From: a virus
Virus record (IMG/VR): IMGVR_UViG_3300048927_000308
Coordinates: 26,091 to 90,090 of that record
Strand: one strand, 5' to 3'
DNA: 64,000 bases
The notes under the pieces were generated by a model. It ran no database searches. It saw only the letters and a program-made list of their open reading frames with translations, and was not told the origin of the DNA. Numbering within the stretch: position 1 is the first letter of the stretch; each line of letters begins with the position of its first letter. The translations under genes and the position numbers were made by a program. Shown here one piece after another: positions 48,801 through 55,964 of the stretch.

Positions 48801-49644
48801 TTTCCGCCATCTCTTTCGGGTGCTTACGCATCAGTACGACATCAACGACGGTACTGGTGCCGTTGGCGTCAAAGGTGCCGGTCGGCAGCCGGTGCGCGCC
48901 TAAAAACTCAGCTTTGCGGGAAAGGCGCAGGCGCAGCCGCTTCATGTTGTTACCGGAAACGATGGACGGCGGCACGATTACGCACATGAAACCGCCTGGC
49001 TTAATCTTGTCAAGCATGCGCAGCATGAAGTAAGAGCCCATATCGGTTTCTTCCGCATATGGTTTATCCAGGTTGCGCGTGTTATCGCGGCCGCCAAACG
49101 GCACGTTGCCAACAACATGGTCGAAGGTGTCATTCGGGGTGGTTGATGCCAGCTGCTCGAAGGGGCTGATCTGCACGCTATCTTCAGGGTGAAGCAGCTG
49201 ATTGATGCGACCGGAAACCGGGCTGATTTCCGTGGCGGTCATCATTGTTCCCGCCGGTTTCGTTTCGTTGAAAACGCCGGTGCCTGCCGACGGCTCCAGG
49301 GTGTTGCCGACGTCTGCCCCATAGAGCTTCATGATCTCCCACACACCTTCTGCCACTGGTTTCGGTGTGTAGTATTCAGAGACGGAACCGCCGATCCCAC
49401 CTTCACCAGTATACCCGGCCAGCGTCTGGCGCTGTTCATCGGTTAATTCTGCCCCGTCTGCCAGGCTGTTTAGCAGTTCAACGGCCCGTTCGTTAGCCTC
49501 GCGGCGGAGACGGTCAAAGCTTTTGCCTTCGACCTTTTCAACGCCGAATGGCACCTGTTTTCGGCGATTGCTTATTGCTCTAATAAATCTAACGATCTCG
49601 CCGATGCTTTTGCAGGAGAAAACCCCGCTTGTAATGTCCGCCAT
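42880..49644 (-). CDS. darB: DarB antirestriction protein (N6 methyltransferase + SNF2 helicase)
   Basis: LEPSAGTG, GNVPF, GLGKT, DEGH, TATP, QRNGRGAR; ~2254 aa. Confidence 0.95.
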   Translation of the reverse strand: MADITSGVFSCKSIGEIVRFIRAISNRRKQVPFGVEKVEGKSFDRLRREANERAVELLNSLADGAELTDEQRQTLAGYTGEGGIGGSVSEYYTPKPVAEGVWEIMKLYGADVGNTLEPSAGTGVFNETKPAGTMMTATEISPVSGRINQLLHPEDSVQISPFEQLASTTPNDTFDHVVGNVPFGGRDNTRNLDKPYAEETDMGSYFMLRMLDKIKPGGFMCVIVPPSIVSGNNMKRLRLRLSRKAEFLGAHRLPTGTFDANGTSTVVDVVLMRKHPKEMAERVALAEESTLEAANVLWPTFITGKWFERDGRRFVHGTQEKGFQGRIEVRADGQIDNQALKAKLIHRFDSRINWSMLDIDEPQPTADVIDERELRLINGVWHSFVGGRWIEADSGKELVIDSARFGADSWEALQRNLTTAEGRLAMTFDQMANVRQQYTSSMSDDMVQLVDWINSQPEKYRDRLYRGAMIGRMLIEYQDMKAAGQSEYDIEQRRLSLVAKIQAEIDRYGNPGRGPIAKLSGSGARAWFAFRGAIKLDGTISDELTGKLVTHDDSASYDSTSYQDTLRYLYSDLTRDPIQLDDFRQAFTGDLPGSDDQLLDLLANTPGIAVSPYGGIVPFARATSGDLNEIIAPKQAFLAQLPDGAVKNNVLNQLAAIEEKRVKTPAESIRFKLNSRWFDRSVILEFLQESGYPDLRYVQSVQLEGDEMVSETYHGGDGLFVGHRYGVVQRKDKESGEIRYEWDKKSGDNATGFPAQLEKYLNGARIGGKDGATANGYREQAALLEDQFNKWIKTHDRYDELVAKYNDVFNSNIPYEHSGNSLGLTGISGRRNPFDYQNSEVRRLSEDGRGILGFGTGLGKTTTALALEAFNFENGRSTRTAYVVPKSVLENWYYETKEFLSEQAFSNYLFVGLDVLMDGDHIRQVPVLDENGKQVMNDDGTPVMRDGLKLADEATITARMNAIPHSNYRAVVFTKEQYARIPLRNETVDEHAEDMLFDFVAAGRVASAMESDSHRKEAARRRVLSEYSDTGTEKAEKYPYFEDMGFDSVIADEGHNYRNSYKNGREASQLAYLPTSAVAQSARDMAIKNAYLMKKNGGRGPVLLTATPVVNTPIDAYNMLSHVLPKEFWQKMGIFGPDDFVKFFGKTRLETVQKISGEVEEKMALVGFENLDALRGIFHRWTTLKTAEDVKDTVEIPELDERQQDAPLTAEQLDAYEELRKQAEAAANADNGMATIVQEDGTTTQEKARPIFSIIRDMDRVCTDMDLYHRRITYRFLPEYADAVQQLADSLPKQATSEDDESDESVTQQAQYSLIDKGDFIQLQVPEAFEPEVNKRLAKFGIDERTITHPVTPKYAKLIATLKEFFPEGKQIIFTDEKTQHQKLKRIICNALNIDSSQVGILNAQTVADAGKSGKKLKTVKPPKDLPDEPTEAQLAKYHEQMALYDAYIAQQNEMSLGGLEKIAADFQEGRTPIIICNKKAEVGINLHRGTTDIHHLTLPWTPASIAQRNGRGARVGSNRASVRVHYYCGKGSFDEYRLKTLKRKAGWISDILRSDKSEMENADANDMIEMQMYTAKNDGERLAMMQVQMDKAKAAQLARQKEQATVDLQNYIKAQHAAGEDVEALTVQLENNKTELEEATADVARYRQLVLAKAAENEEWKARWGSVYSSDRLLLSQYRNSLKTAIRRKAALTSAISQREKLLARTKKASTDIKRLRPLVEDAINKGLVNADPDLINHGKDFLVIGDKSWRVGQYYENNGDIVLIKALDFDTQRADVEVIFSSKGSKSSSWPVKLLQQQVDVTPDEAAVMGKISGGVSIAGINALISRDDFYRFQQRGMLKITDSYAMQTSDQGYTMEFVSSSDTVQNVVYPDRTDGALKSAIAKWALGFMAAGQTYKINSAEAFLTELFGSDYLDVISSYGESLSPEDIQERIVAEIAKLPATAPEGSTRNGDSEVEVANAIFNSYPFRASSFELGTSEFGAISVYSNKAEIKAAMDAANARIAAERQANLDHAVEVLAQSWVTAIKGAVATSKITPAIAEVVNNGAKFMVAYQNGSMQMPTAYGMTTNHPTYNLVAMFADLAILKLVDLSEITPTLLSARKNYLDVLTRVADLLRGRTDEQKAEDADRINLALGNITEEEIAARNAQQEEIAVGQGDATRTAQALGLNYRVSTADLKMMYAPKFAAGEVFGLQEASGQKGVLFRAKDELKEKFGARWLPAKAKNSDFPGNWWIIEKKHNAADVLAVINQYA
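49574..49590 (+). promoter_or_regulatory. C1 operator inside darB 5' end, upstream of prt
   Basis: ATTGCTCTAATAAATCT. Confidence 0.7.
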
Positions 49645-49658
49645 TAGTGATCCTTCAC

Positions 49659-49677
49659 AAGTGACCAGTGTTAAATT
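49659..49677 (+). promoter_or_regulatory. late promoter for prt-pro
   Basis: AAGTGACCA-4-TAAATT. Confidence 0.5.
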
Positions 49678-49719
49678 TGCGCAAAACTGATGCGAAATTA
49701 TTCTAATGAAGGTGCAATC

Positions 49720-51432
49720 TTGGCTGACAATAAAATTACCCTGTCCTCTGTCAGGAAAGCGCTGACTGACGTTTTTAAGGACGCGCGAGGGGATCACGAC
49801 AACATCCTGTTATCTGCGTTGGCGGTCCAAGGCGGGGGCGGCGGCTATTTCTTTTCTCGTGCGTCGTCACCGGCAGCGTTGGCGGGGTTCCTCACAAACA
49901 ATTCAGGCAAAGATGACGGCCAATCATGTGTTGTGGACGGGAGCCGCTATATCTTTGATGAGGCAACGCTTCCGGAGGACAGGTTACAGCGCTATCCGAT
50001 TCTGGAAGAAATGTCCGTTTACAGCACCATCGCAACCGCGCTGAATATCCATATCACGCACGCTCTTTCATACGACAAAAAGACAGGACAGACCTTCTCT
50101 ATATCCCCGGTTAACAAAGGGAATGAGGCGGATTACAAAGAAGCGCAAGCACTATGCGATGAGCTGATGAACGACATCGGCAAGACCATTAACAAAGAAG
50201 TGGCGGGCTGGGCATACATCATGTCCGTGTTCGGCGTGGCGTACATCCGGCCGCATGCTGTGGAGGGGATCGGCATTAAATCGTTCGAATGCTCCTATTA
50301 CTCCCTGCCCTACTTCGTGAAAGAGTTTGAAGTAGCTGGCAACCTGGCAGGCTTCAGTGGCGACTATCTGAAAGATGCCACCGGCAAGATGGTGTATGCC
50401 GATCCATGGTCCCTTATTCCGATGAAGATCCCCTACTGGCGTCCGAAAGGAAACCAGATGCCGGTTTATTACGGTACTCGTCCTTACAGCCTGCTCGATG
50501 ACCCGGAAACTCGGATGCCGGTAGAGACACAAAATTACGGCACCAGCCTGCTCGAATATGCGTACGAGCCCTATATCAATCTGCGCTCGGCGATCCGCTC
50601 GCTGAAGGCCAGCCGCTTTAACGCCTCAAAGATTGACCGCATCATTGGCCTGGCCATGAACAGTCTGGACCCGGTCAAAGCGGCGGACTACTCACGCACA
50701 ATCTCGCAGACCCTGAAGCGCGCCGCTGACCTCATGGAGAAACGCGCGAAAGGGGCCAATAACATGCCGACCGTCACCAATACTCTGCTGCCTATCATGG
50801 GCGACGGTAAGGGCCAGATGACGATTGATACGCAAACCATCCAGGCAGACATTAACGGTATTGAGGACGTGCTGACGTACATGCGCCAGCTGGCCGCCGC
50901 TCTGGGCCTGGATTACACGTTGCTGGGATGGGCTGATCAGATGTCAGGTGGCCTGGGTGAAGGTGGTTTCCTGCGTACGGCGATTCAGGCGGCAATGCGC
51001 GCTGCGTGGATCCAGCAGGGCGTAGAAGAGGGTATCCAGCGGGCCATTGATATTCACCTGGCCTATAAACACGGAAAGGTTTACCCGGAGGGAGATCGTC
51101 CCTACAAAATCGAATTCCACTCTGTGAACACCGCGTTGCAGCAGGAACACAACGATAATCGCGATGCGCAGGCCAACTACGCGACTGTTATCACGCAGAT
51201 TCTGGATGCCATTAGCAACAACCCTGTACTGGCGAACTCCGAAGCGTTTAAACGTTATCTCTGCTGCGACATTCTGGAGATCGACGAAAGCACGTCAGAT
51301 GCGCTGGTAGCTGAATTGAAGGCCAAAGGCGACGAAGACGATTCCATGTTGGACTCCATCATTAAATCTACGCCAGAGGAACTGGCGCACATCCTTGAAT
51401 CAGTCTTTAAAGAGGGACAAAACAATGACTGA
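49720..51432 (+). CDS. prt: portal protein
   Basis: [15 protein letters not shown]; synteny. Confidence 0.9.
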   Translation: MADNKITLSSVRKALTDVFKDARGDHDNILLSALAVQGGGGGYFFSRASSPAALAGFLTNNSGKDDGQSCVVDGSRYIFDEATLPEDRLQRYPILEEMSVYSTIATALNIHITHALSYDKKTGQTFSISPVNKGNEADYKEAQALCDELMNDIGKTINKEVAGWAYIMSVFGVAYIRPHAVEGIGIKSFECSYYSLPYFVKEFEVAGNLAGFSGDYLKDATGKMVYADPWSLIPMKIPYWRPKGNQMPVYYGTRPYSLLDDPETRMPVETQNYGTSLLEYAYEPYINLRSAIRSLKASRFNASKIDRIIGLAMNSLDPVKAADYSRTISQTLKRAADLMEKRAKGANNMPTVTNTLLPIMGDGKGQMTIDTQTIQADINGIEDVLTYMRQLAAALGLDYTLLGWADQMSGGLGEGGFLRTAIQAAMRAAWIQQGVEEGIQRAIDIHLAYKHGKVYPEGDRPYKIEFHSVNTALQQEHNDNRDAQANYATVITQILDAISNNPVLANSEAFKRYLCCDILEIDESTSDALVAELKAKGDEDDSMLDSIIKSTPEELAHILESVFKEGQNND

Positions 51433-52447
51433 CGTTCTGAAGACGGTAACTGACCGTTTTTGTCTTTATAAAAACGCGCGCACCGGCCGCCAGAACGGCC
51501 GCAAATACGTGCTGGGTGCGGTAAAGGCCATGCTGGAAAGCAGAGAGACTCAGGAGGGACTGCGTCTTGGCGAGCTGTATGGTTACTATGGCCACGGGCG
51601 CCGCGAAATGACCGGTAAACTGGAGTTGCCGGAAACAAGCGTAATCATGGTAGAAGGCCGCCCGGTTGTTATCGACAACGTGCCAGCCTGCCGCACGGTA
51701 TCCATCTCCGTAGATGACAACGGCGTTGTGACCCACACGCAGGAAATTCTCAACACCGAACCCGGCAAAATCGTTGCAGCGATGATTGAAAGCCGTGCAG
51801 GTGGCTGGAGCTGGGCGACCGGCGGCCGCCAAGCGGGTAACATTGCCGTTACCACCAGCTTCCATGGCGTGGACTATGTAACCAACCCGAACTACGTAAG
51901 CCTCGATCACCCTGCAAGCGCGGGAATGTTCGAAAGCGCAGACGCACAATCCCTTCTCGCCGAGTCGCTGGCGGCACATGGTTACTCTGATGAATCGGTG
52001 CAGGCGGTGATCAGCCACTACGGCAAGCTGGCGGAGCTGGAGCTGATGATGGAAGCGACTGAGCGCAACGCTGAGCTGGAAACTGCGCTGCTGGAAAGCC
52101 AAGGGCGCTATCTGGAAGCGCAGATGCGTCAGAAAGAGGCTGAGGATCGGATCGCCCTGCTGGAAAGTGCGGCGGGTGTGCGTGATGATGTGCTGGTGGC
52201 CATTCAGAACGAACTCGATAAGTTGCCGATTTTTGTAACCAGCAGTCAGAAAGAGGCCTTTAAGTTGAAGCACCCGGACGATGCGGCAGTTGTTGCGTCA
52301 CTGTTCGAATCGTTGATAAAAGTCGGTGCCCGCCATCTCCCACTAACGCCACCAACTGAAATCTCACAGCCGCAGCCGCGCCAGAAGGTTCCGGAACCTG
52401 CCAGCATGATCACCTTCGGCAAGACAACAAACCCCTTCGCAAAATAA
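51425..52447 (+). CDS. pro: head processing protease
   Basis: GYYGH, GWSW, DYVTNP. Confidence 0.88.
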   Translation: MTDVLKTVTDRFCLYKNARTGRQNGRKYVLGAVKAMLESRETQEGLRLGELYGYYGHGRREMTGKLELPETSVIMVEGRPVVIDNVPACRTVSISVDDNGVVTHTQEILNTEPGKIVAAMIESRAGGWSWATGGRQAGNIAVTTSFHGVDYVTNPNYVSLDHPASAGMFESADAQSLLAESLAAHGYSDESVQAVISHYGKLAELELMMEATERNAELETALLESQGRYLEAQMRQKEAEDRIALLESAAGVRDDVLVAIQNELDKLPIFVTSSQKEAFKLKHPDDAAVVASLFESLIKVGARHLPLTPPTEISQPQPRQKVPEPASMITFGKTTNPFAK

Positions 52448-52460
52448 TTATTAGAGCAAT
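52444..52460 (-). promoter_or_regulatory. C1 operator
   Basis: ATTGCTCTAATAATTAT. Confidence 0.75.
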
Positions 52461-52515
52461 CACGGGTTGCGATCTGTAACCCGTTGTTGTTTAATTTGCC
52501 CGCCGGACGATACGC

Positions 52516-52576
52516 AAAAAAAAACCCCGGCGGCAGCCGGGGTGAGTCGTATCATTCAAAAAATAAAATATTCGCG
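52516..52576 (-). ncRNA. predicted counter-transcript (ctRNA)
   Basis: TTGTTT-17-CATTAT promoter (52611-52583); terminator ACCCCGGC-TGCC-GCCGGGGT + T tract. Confidence 0.5.
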
Positions 52577-52585
52577 AGGTAAATA

Positions 52586-53608
52586 ATGCCATATTGCGCT
52601 GTTAAAAACAAAACTTTTTCTTTTAATAATGACGGTTCTTTCAATCAGTTCGGCCTGAAAAGCGTAATTCAGGAGATCTCCCCAAAATTACTTCGTCCGT
52701 CTGAAAAATATATCCTAATGCTTGCCAGCGAACATGCCACCGCCAGCGCTAAGCTCTGCATCTTCAAATCCCTCCAAACTATTGCTGATGATTGTGGCGT
52801 CAGCAAAGACACCGTTCGTCGTTGTCTCTCTCGCTGCGTTGAAATGGGCATACTCACAAAAGAGTTTGTGATCGATGAAGCAACCGGCAAACAGAAACCC
52901 TGCCTGTATACTTACACTCCGCTTTTCATCCGGATTGCGAAGGCGTTTCGTCGTCTTGCCGACAAACTCAAAAGCCGTCGTCAAAAAGATTTCAAAGATG
53001 CCCGCTCCCGTTTTAACACCCTGCTCGAACGCATGGTGTTCCGTGTCAAACTTGGTCTTTTCTCACTTAAAAAGAAGCTCTTCTCTAAGGGGTACCCTCC
53101 TAAATCTGTCGTAAAAGAGGGGTTGCAAAACGCTACCCAGGAGGGTGGCAAAATAGAGCCCAATAATGTACTTACTAATAAAGTAAATAAATACGCAGCC
53201 ACTGACGTCGGCGCGAAGCGCGACGCAGTTGGCGATCATGAAAATCAAAAAGCAGCACGAAAAGATAAGCCAGAAAATGGAGCTATCCGCTTCTTTCAAG
53301 ATCTCGCAAAAAATTTCTCATCCATCGCGACACGCAGAATGGAGGAAAATAAAAAATTAGTTAAAGGTTTTTCGTTAGAGCAAAATAGTGTCAAGCACGG
53401 CAAACCGCTGCCAGAACGCCGTGCTGGGAAAGCCCCCCAGGAAGGGTTTAACCATACCCGCTTCCTGAAGGCCGATCGGATAGCTGAACAGCAATGGGAA
53501 GAACGCCAGCGGATCGCGCGTGATAACCCACGGGAAAAACAGATTCAAAAGCTCGCAGAAATCAGGACTCTTCTGGATAATGCGAAGGCACAAAAGGTAG
53601 GAATATGA
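52586..53608 (+). CDS. wHTH replication-initiator-like protein
   Basis: SLQTIADDCGVSKDTVRRCLSRCVEMGIL..LY; basic C-terminus. Confidence 0.65.
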   Translation: MPYCAVKNKTFSFNNDGSFNQFGLKSVIQEISPKLLRPSEKYILMLASEHATASAKLCIFKSLQTIADDCGVSKDTVRRCLSRCVEMGILTKEFVIDEATGKQKPCLYTYTPLFIRIAKAFRRLADKLKSRRQKDFKDARSRFNTLLERMVFRVKLGLFSLKKKLFSKGYPPKSVVKEGLQNATQEGGKIEPNNVLTNKVNKYAATDVGAKRDAVGDHENQKAARKDKPENGAIRFFQDLAKNFSSIATRRMEENKKLVKGFSLEQNSVKHGKPLPERRAGKAPQEGFNHTRFLKADRIAEQQWEERQRIARDNPREKQIQKLAEIRTLLDNAKAQKVGI

Positions 53609-54138
53609 TGGAAACCAAAACCCGCAAGCTTAAAAAAATTTACGTACCTGGTGAAAACGGACTGGTACGCCCGAGGACAAAATCCCGCCCCGCAGGTAAG
53701 CGTCCAACAAAGGTCAAAAAGCTGGATTTGAAGGATGTACGCCCGCACCAGCGCAAGCTGATCAACCACTGGCCTGATCTGTACCGTAACGGACGTATTC
53801 TGCCGGTTGCAGTCGGCATCCGTGAGGCGATGGTGGAGGATCTTAAAGCGCGCGGCATCACAATCAATCCGAAGAGGATCGCAAGCGAACTATCCTCGGC
53901 GCTGAACACCGAAAACTATCAGCGACGTATCCTCTTCATGAAGCACCGTTATGGCTTGGATGGTAAGCCGGTCGCGGAGATAACCGACCAAGAGCGCGAA
54001 TACGCGTATCAGAAGCTGGCTATCAAAATGACGGAACGTGGACGCACACCGCCGCGCCCGGGATTCTGGAAAGCAAAAAAGGCCTTCCGCAAAAAACTGA
54101 AAGGCCAAAAACCAGTTATACCTGCTTCCTCCTCCTAA
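53605..54138 (+). CDS. ProQ/FinO-domain RNA-binding protein
   Basis: WPDLY..PVAVGIRE..YQ..RYGLDGKPVAEIT. Confidence 0.85.
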   Translation: MMETKTRKLKKIYVPGENGLVRPRTKSRPAGKRPTKVKKLDLKDVRPHQRKLINHWPDLYRNGRILPVAVGIREAMVEDLKARGITINPKRIASELSSALNTENYQRRILFMKHRYGLDGKPVAEITDQEREYAYQKLAIKMTERGRTPPRPGFWKAKKAFRKKLKGQKPVIPASSS

Positions 54139-54370
54139 AATATTTACGCGCCGCTCGGCGGGGGCAATCTGAAGTGGTCCCCCCTTGCTGCATCAGGCGC
54201 GCCGCCATACTCATGAACGTCAGACATAGCCGCATCCCTGCATAAAGCAGCGGATCCAGCGGCCATGTTTCATTCCAGACCGAAACTGCCATGAAAATGG
54301 AGTCACACACGATTGCCGCCAGGGACAGCTTCATCGTCGAAAGGCGGCGAAGCTGGCGACGTTTATTCAT
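54116..54370 (-). CDS. lydD: LydD
   Basis: RQLRRLSTMKLSLAAIV; follows lyz. Confidence 0.8.
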   Translation of the reverse strand: MNKRRQLRRLSTMKLSLAAIVCDSIFMAVSVWNETWPLDPLLYAGMRLCLTFMSMAARLMQQGGTTSDCPRRAARKYFRRRKQV

Positions 54371-54920
54371 TGCCGAGCCCTGCCAAACAAAGCTGGCGCT
54401 CTTTCTCCCGGCGGATCTCAAGCCCTCGCAACCGCACGCCACCAGCATTAACAAAATCCGGCAGGTGATTGCACATATTCACCCAATTCCCGGCCTGCGC
54501 CCATTTATGGATCGACGTCTCAACGCGGTGCTGCTGCGCTTTGCTGTAGTAGGTTCGCAGGCTCCCACATCCCATATTGAACGCAGCGCTGGTCATTGCG
54601 CTGAATGTATTGTCGGGCATGTCCTTGCCCCGGAAATGCTGATCAATACAGCGCTCCGCAACCAGAATGTTTTTTTCCCAATCGGCGGCAATCTGCTGGT
54701 CCGTCTTTCTCACGCCTGGTTTAACGTTGTGGGTATTGCCTACGCCGTCCGTCCACTTCCCAGCGGGGCAAACATACGGATCGCGCCGGCACTGTTCGGC
54801 ATTACCGATCAGCTCCAGCCCCGCCTCGTTGGTACGCACCGTTCCATGCCCCAGGACGATGCTGATCATCATCCCAATGGCGCAAATGGCGCTCCCGCCC
54901 ACTGCTGTCTTTTTTTTCAT
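54363..54920 (-). CDS. lyz: SAR endolysin (lysozyme)
   Basis: N-terminal SAR segment; E-8aa-C-5aa-T triad; GLEIRREKE. Confidence 0.93.
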   Translation of the reverse strand: MKKKTAVGGSAICAIGMMISIVLGHGTVRTNEAGLELIGNAEQCRRDPYVCPAGKWTDGVGNTHNVKPGVRKTDQQIAADWEKNILVAERCIDQHFRGKDMPDNTFSAMTSAAFNMGCGSLRTYYSKAQQHRVETSIHKWAQAGNWVNMCNHLPDFVNAGGVRLRGLEIRREKERQLCLAGLGNE

Positions 54921-55061
54921 CTTTCAGCCTCACAAGTGATCTGCTTTACGATTACCACTCGACCACTCATGCAAGCGCACGCGCCTCCGGGCGCGTTTTT
55001 TTTGGCTGGTGGGAAATCGTATCCCAAATCGCTTGTTGAACGTCTTACGAATCGTTATTTT

Positions 55062-55078
55062 ATTGCTCTAATAATTAT
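55062..55078 (+). promoter_or_regulatory. C1 operator upstream of ssb
   Basis: ATTGCTCTAATAATTAT. Confidence 0.8.
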
Positions 55079-55099
55079 TGTTTTTAAGGACCATAATCA

Positions 55100-55639
55100 G
55101 TGGCACAGCGCGGTGTAAACAAAGTCATTTTGGTGGGCACGCTCGGACAAGATCCTGAAGTGCGTTACATGCAGGGCAATAAAGCGGTGGCTAATCTCAG
55201 TCTGGCCACAAACGAAAGCTGGCGCGATAAACAGACCGGCGAAATGAAAAAGAAAACGGAGTGGCACCGCGTCGTGCTGTTCGGCAAGCTGGCGGAAGTG
55301 GCTGGTGAATACTTAAAGAAAGGTGCCCAGGTCTACATCGAGGGTCAGCTTCGCACGCGCAAATGGACGGACCAGACCGGTGTTGAGAAGTACACCACAG
55401 AGATTGTCGTAGGGCAGAACGGCTCTATGCAGATGCTCGGCGGCCGCCAGGGAGGCGGCGCTGGCGCAGGTGGCCAGCAGCAAAGTGGATGGGGGCAGCC
55501 ACAGCAGCCGCAGGGCGGCCAGCAGTTTAGCGGCGGTGGCCCTGCCCAGCACAGCGAACCGCCGATGGACTTTGATGACGACATTCCGTTTGCGCCGATT
55601 GGCCTACCCTTCCCCCGCCACGCTATCTACAGTCTATAA
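55100..55639 (+). CDS. ssb: single-stranded DNA-binding protein
   Basis: [25 protein letters not shown]. Confidence 0.97.
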   Translation: MAQRGVNKVILVGTLGQDPEVRYMQGNKAVANLSLATNESWRDKQTGEMKKKTEWHRVVLFGKLAEVAGEYLKKGAQVYIEGQLRTRKWTDQTGVEKYTTEIVVGQNGSMQMLGGRQGGGAGAGGQQQSGWGQPQQPQGGQQFSGGGPAQHSEPPMDFDDDIPFAPIGLPFPRHAIYSL

Positions 55640-55640
55640 G

Positions 55641-55666
55641 AAAAAAGCCCGCGTTTTGCGGGCTTT
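55641..55666. terminator. bidirectional terminator
   Basis: AAAAAAGCCCGC-GTTTT-GCGGGCTTT between convergent genes. Confidence 0.75.
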
Positions 55667-55670
55667 CACG

Positions 55671-55964
55671 TTAGTTTACGCTTTGATCTCCATCCGTATC
55701 GTAGCCATACGATTCGTCGTCATCGCCTTCCACTTCAGGCCAATCCACCAGCCAGCCAGCGATCTCGGCGCTACGCAGAACAAAGCTACACTCGGCGTCC
55801 ACGGTATTTACGGTGCCGGTAGCGGAATTGGGCCGCAGAGCGCGGATTGCTTCAGCGATCTCTGCCAGCGACACATCGCCTGTAACCTTAGTGATCGGCC
55901 CGTCCTCAAACTCCACTGCTCCCTCTCGGCCATCGGGAGACGTGATCTTAATGGTTTCCATCAT
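55671..55964 (-). CDS. hxr: Hxr
   Basis: AGWLVDWP + acidic tail; follows ddrB. Confidence 0.75.
   Translation of the reverse strand: MMETIKITSPDGREGAVEFEDGPITKVTGDVSLAEIAEAIRALRPNSATGTVNTVDAECSFVLRSAEIAGWLVDWPEVEGDDDESYGYDTDGDQSVN

Noticed and set aside
49645-49797. N-terminal extensions of darB (to 49797) and prt (from 49690) in the ORF track
   Set aside because: The two would overlap head to head; P1-like starts are at 49644 and 49720
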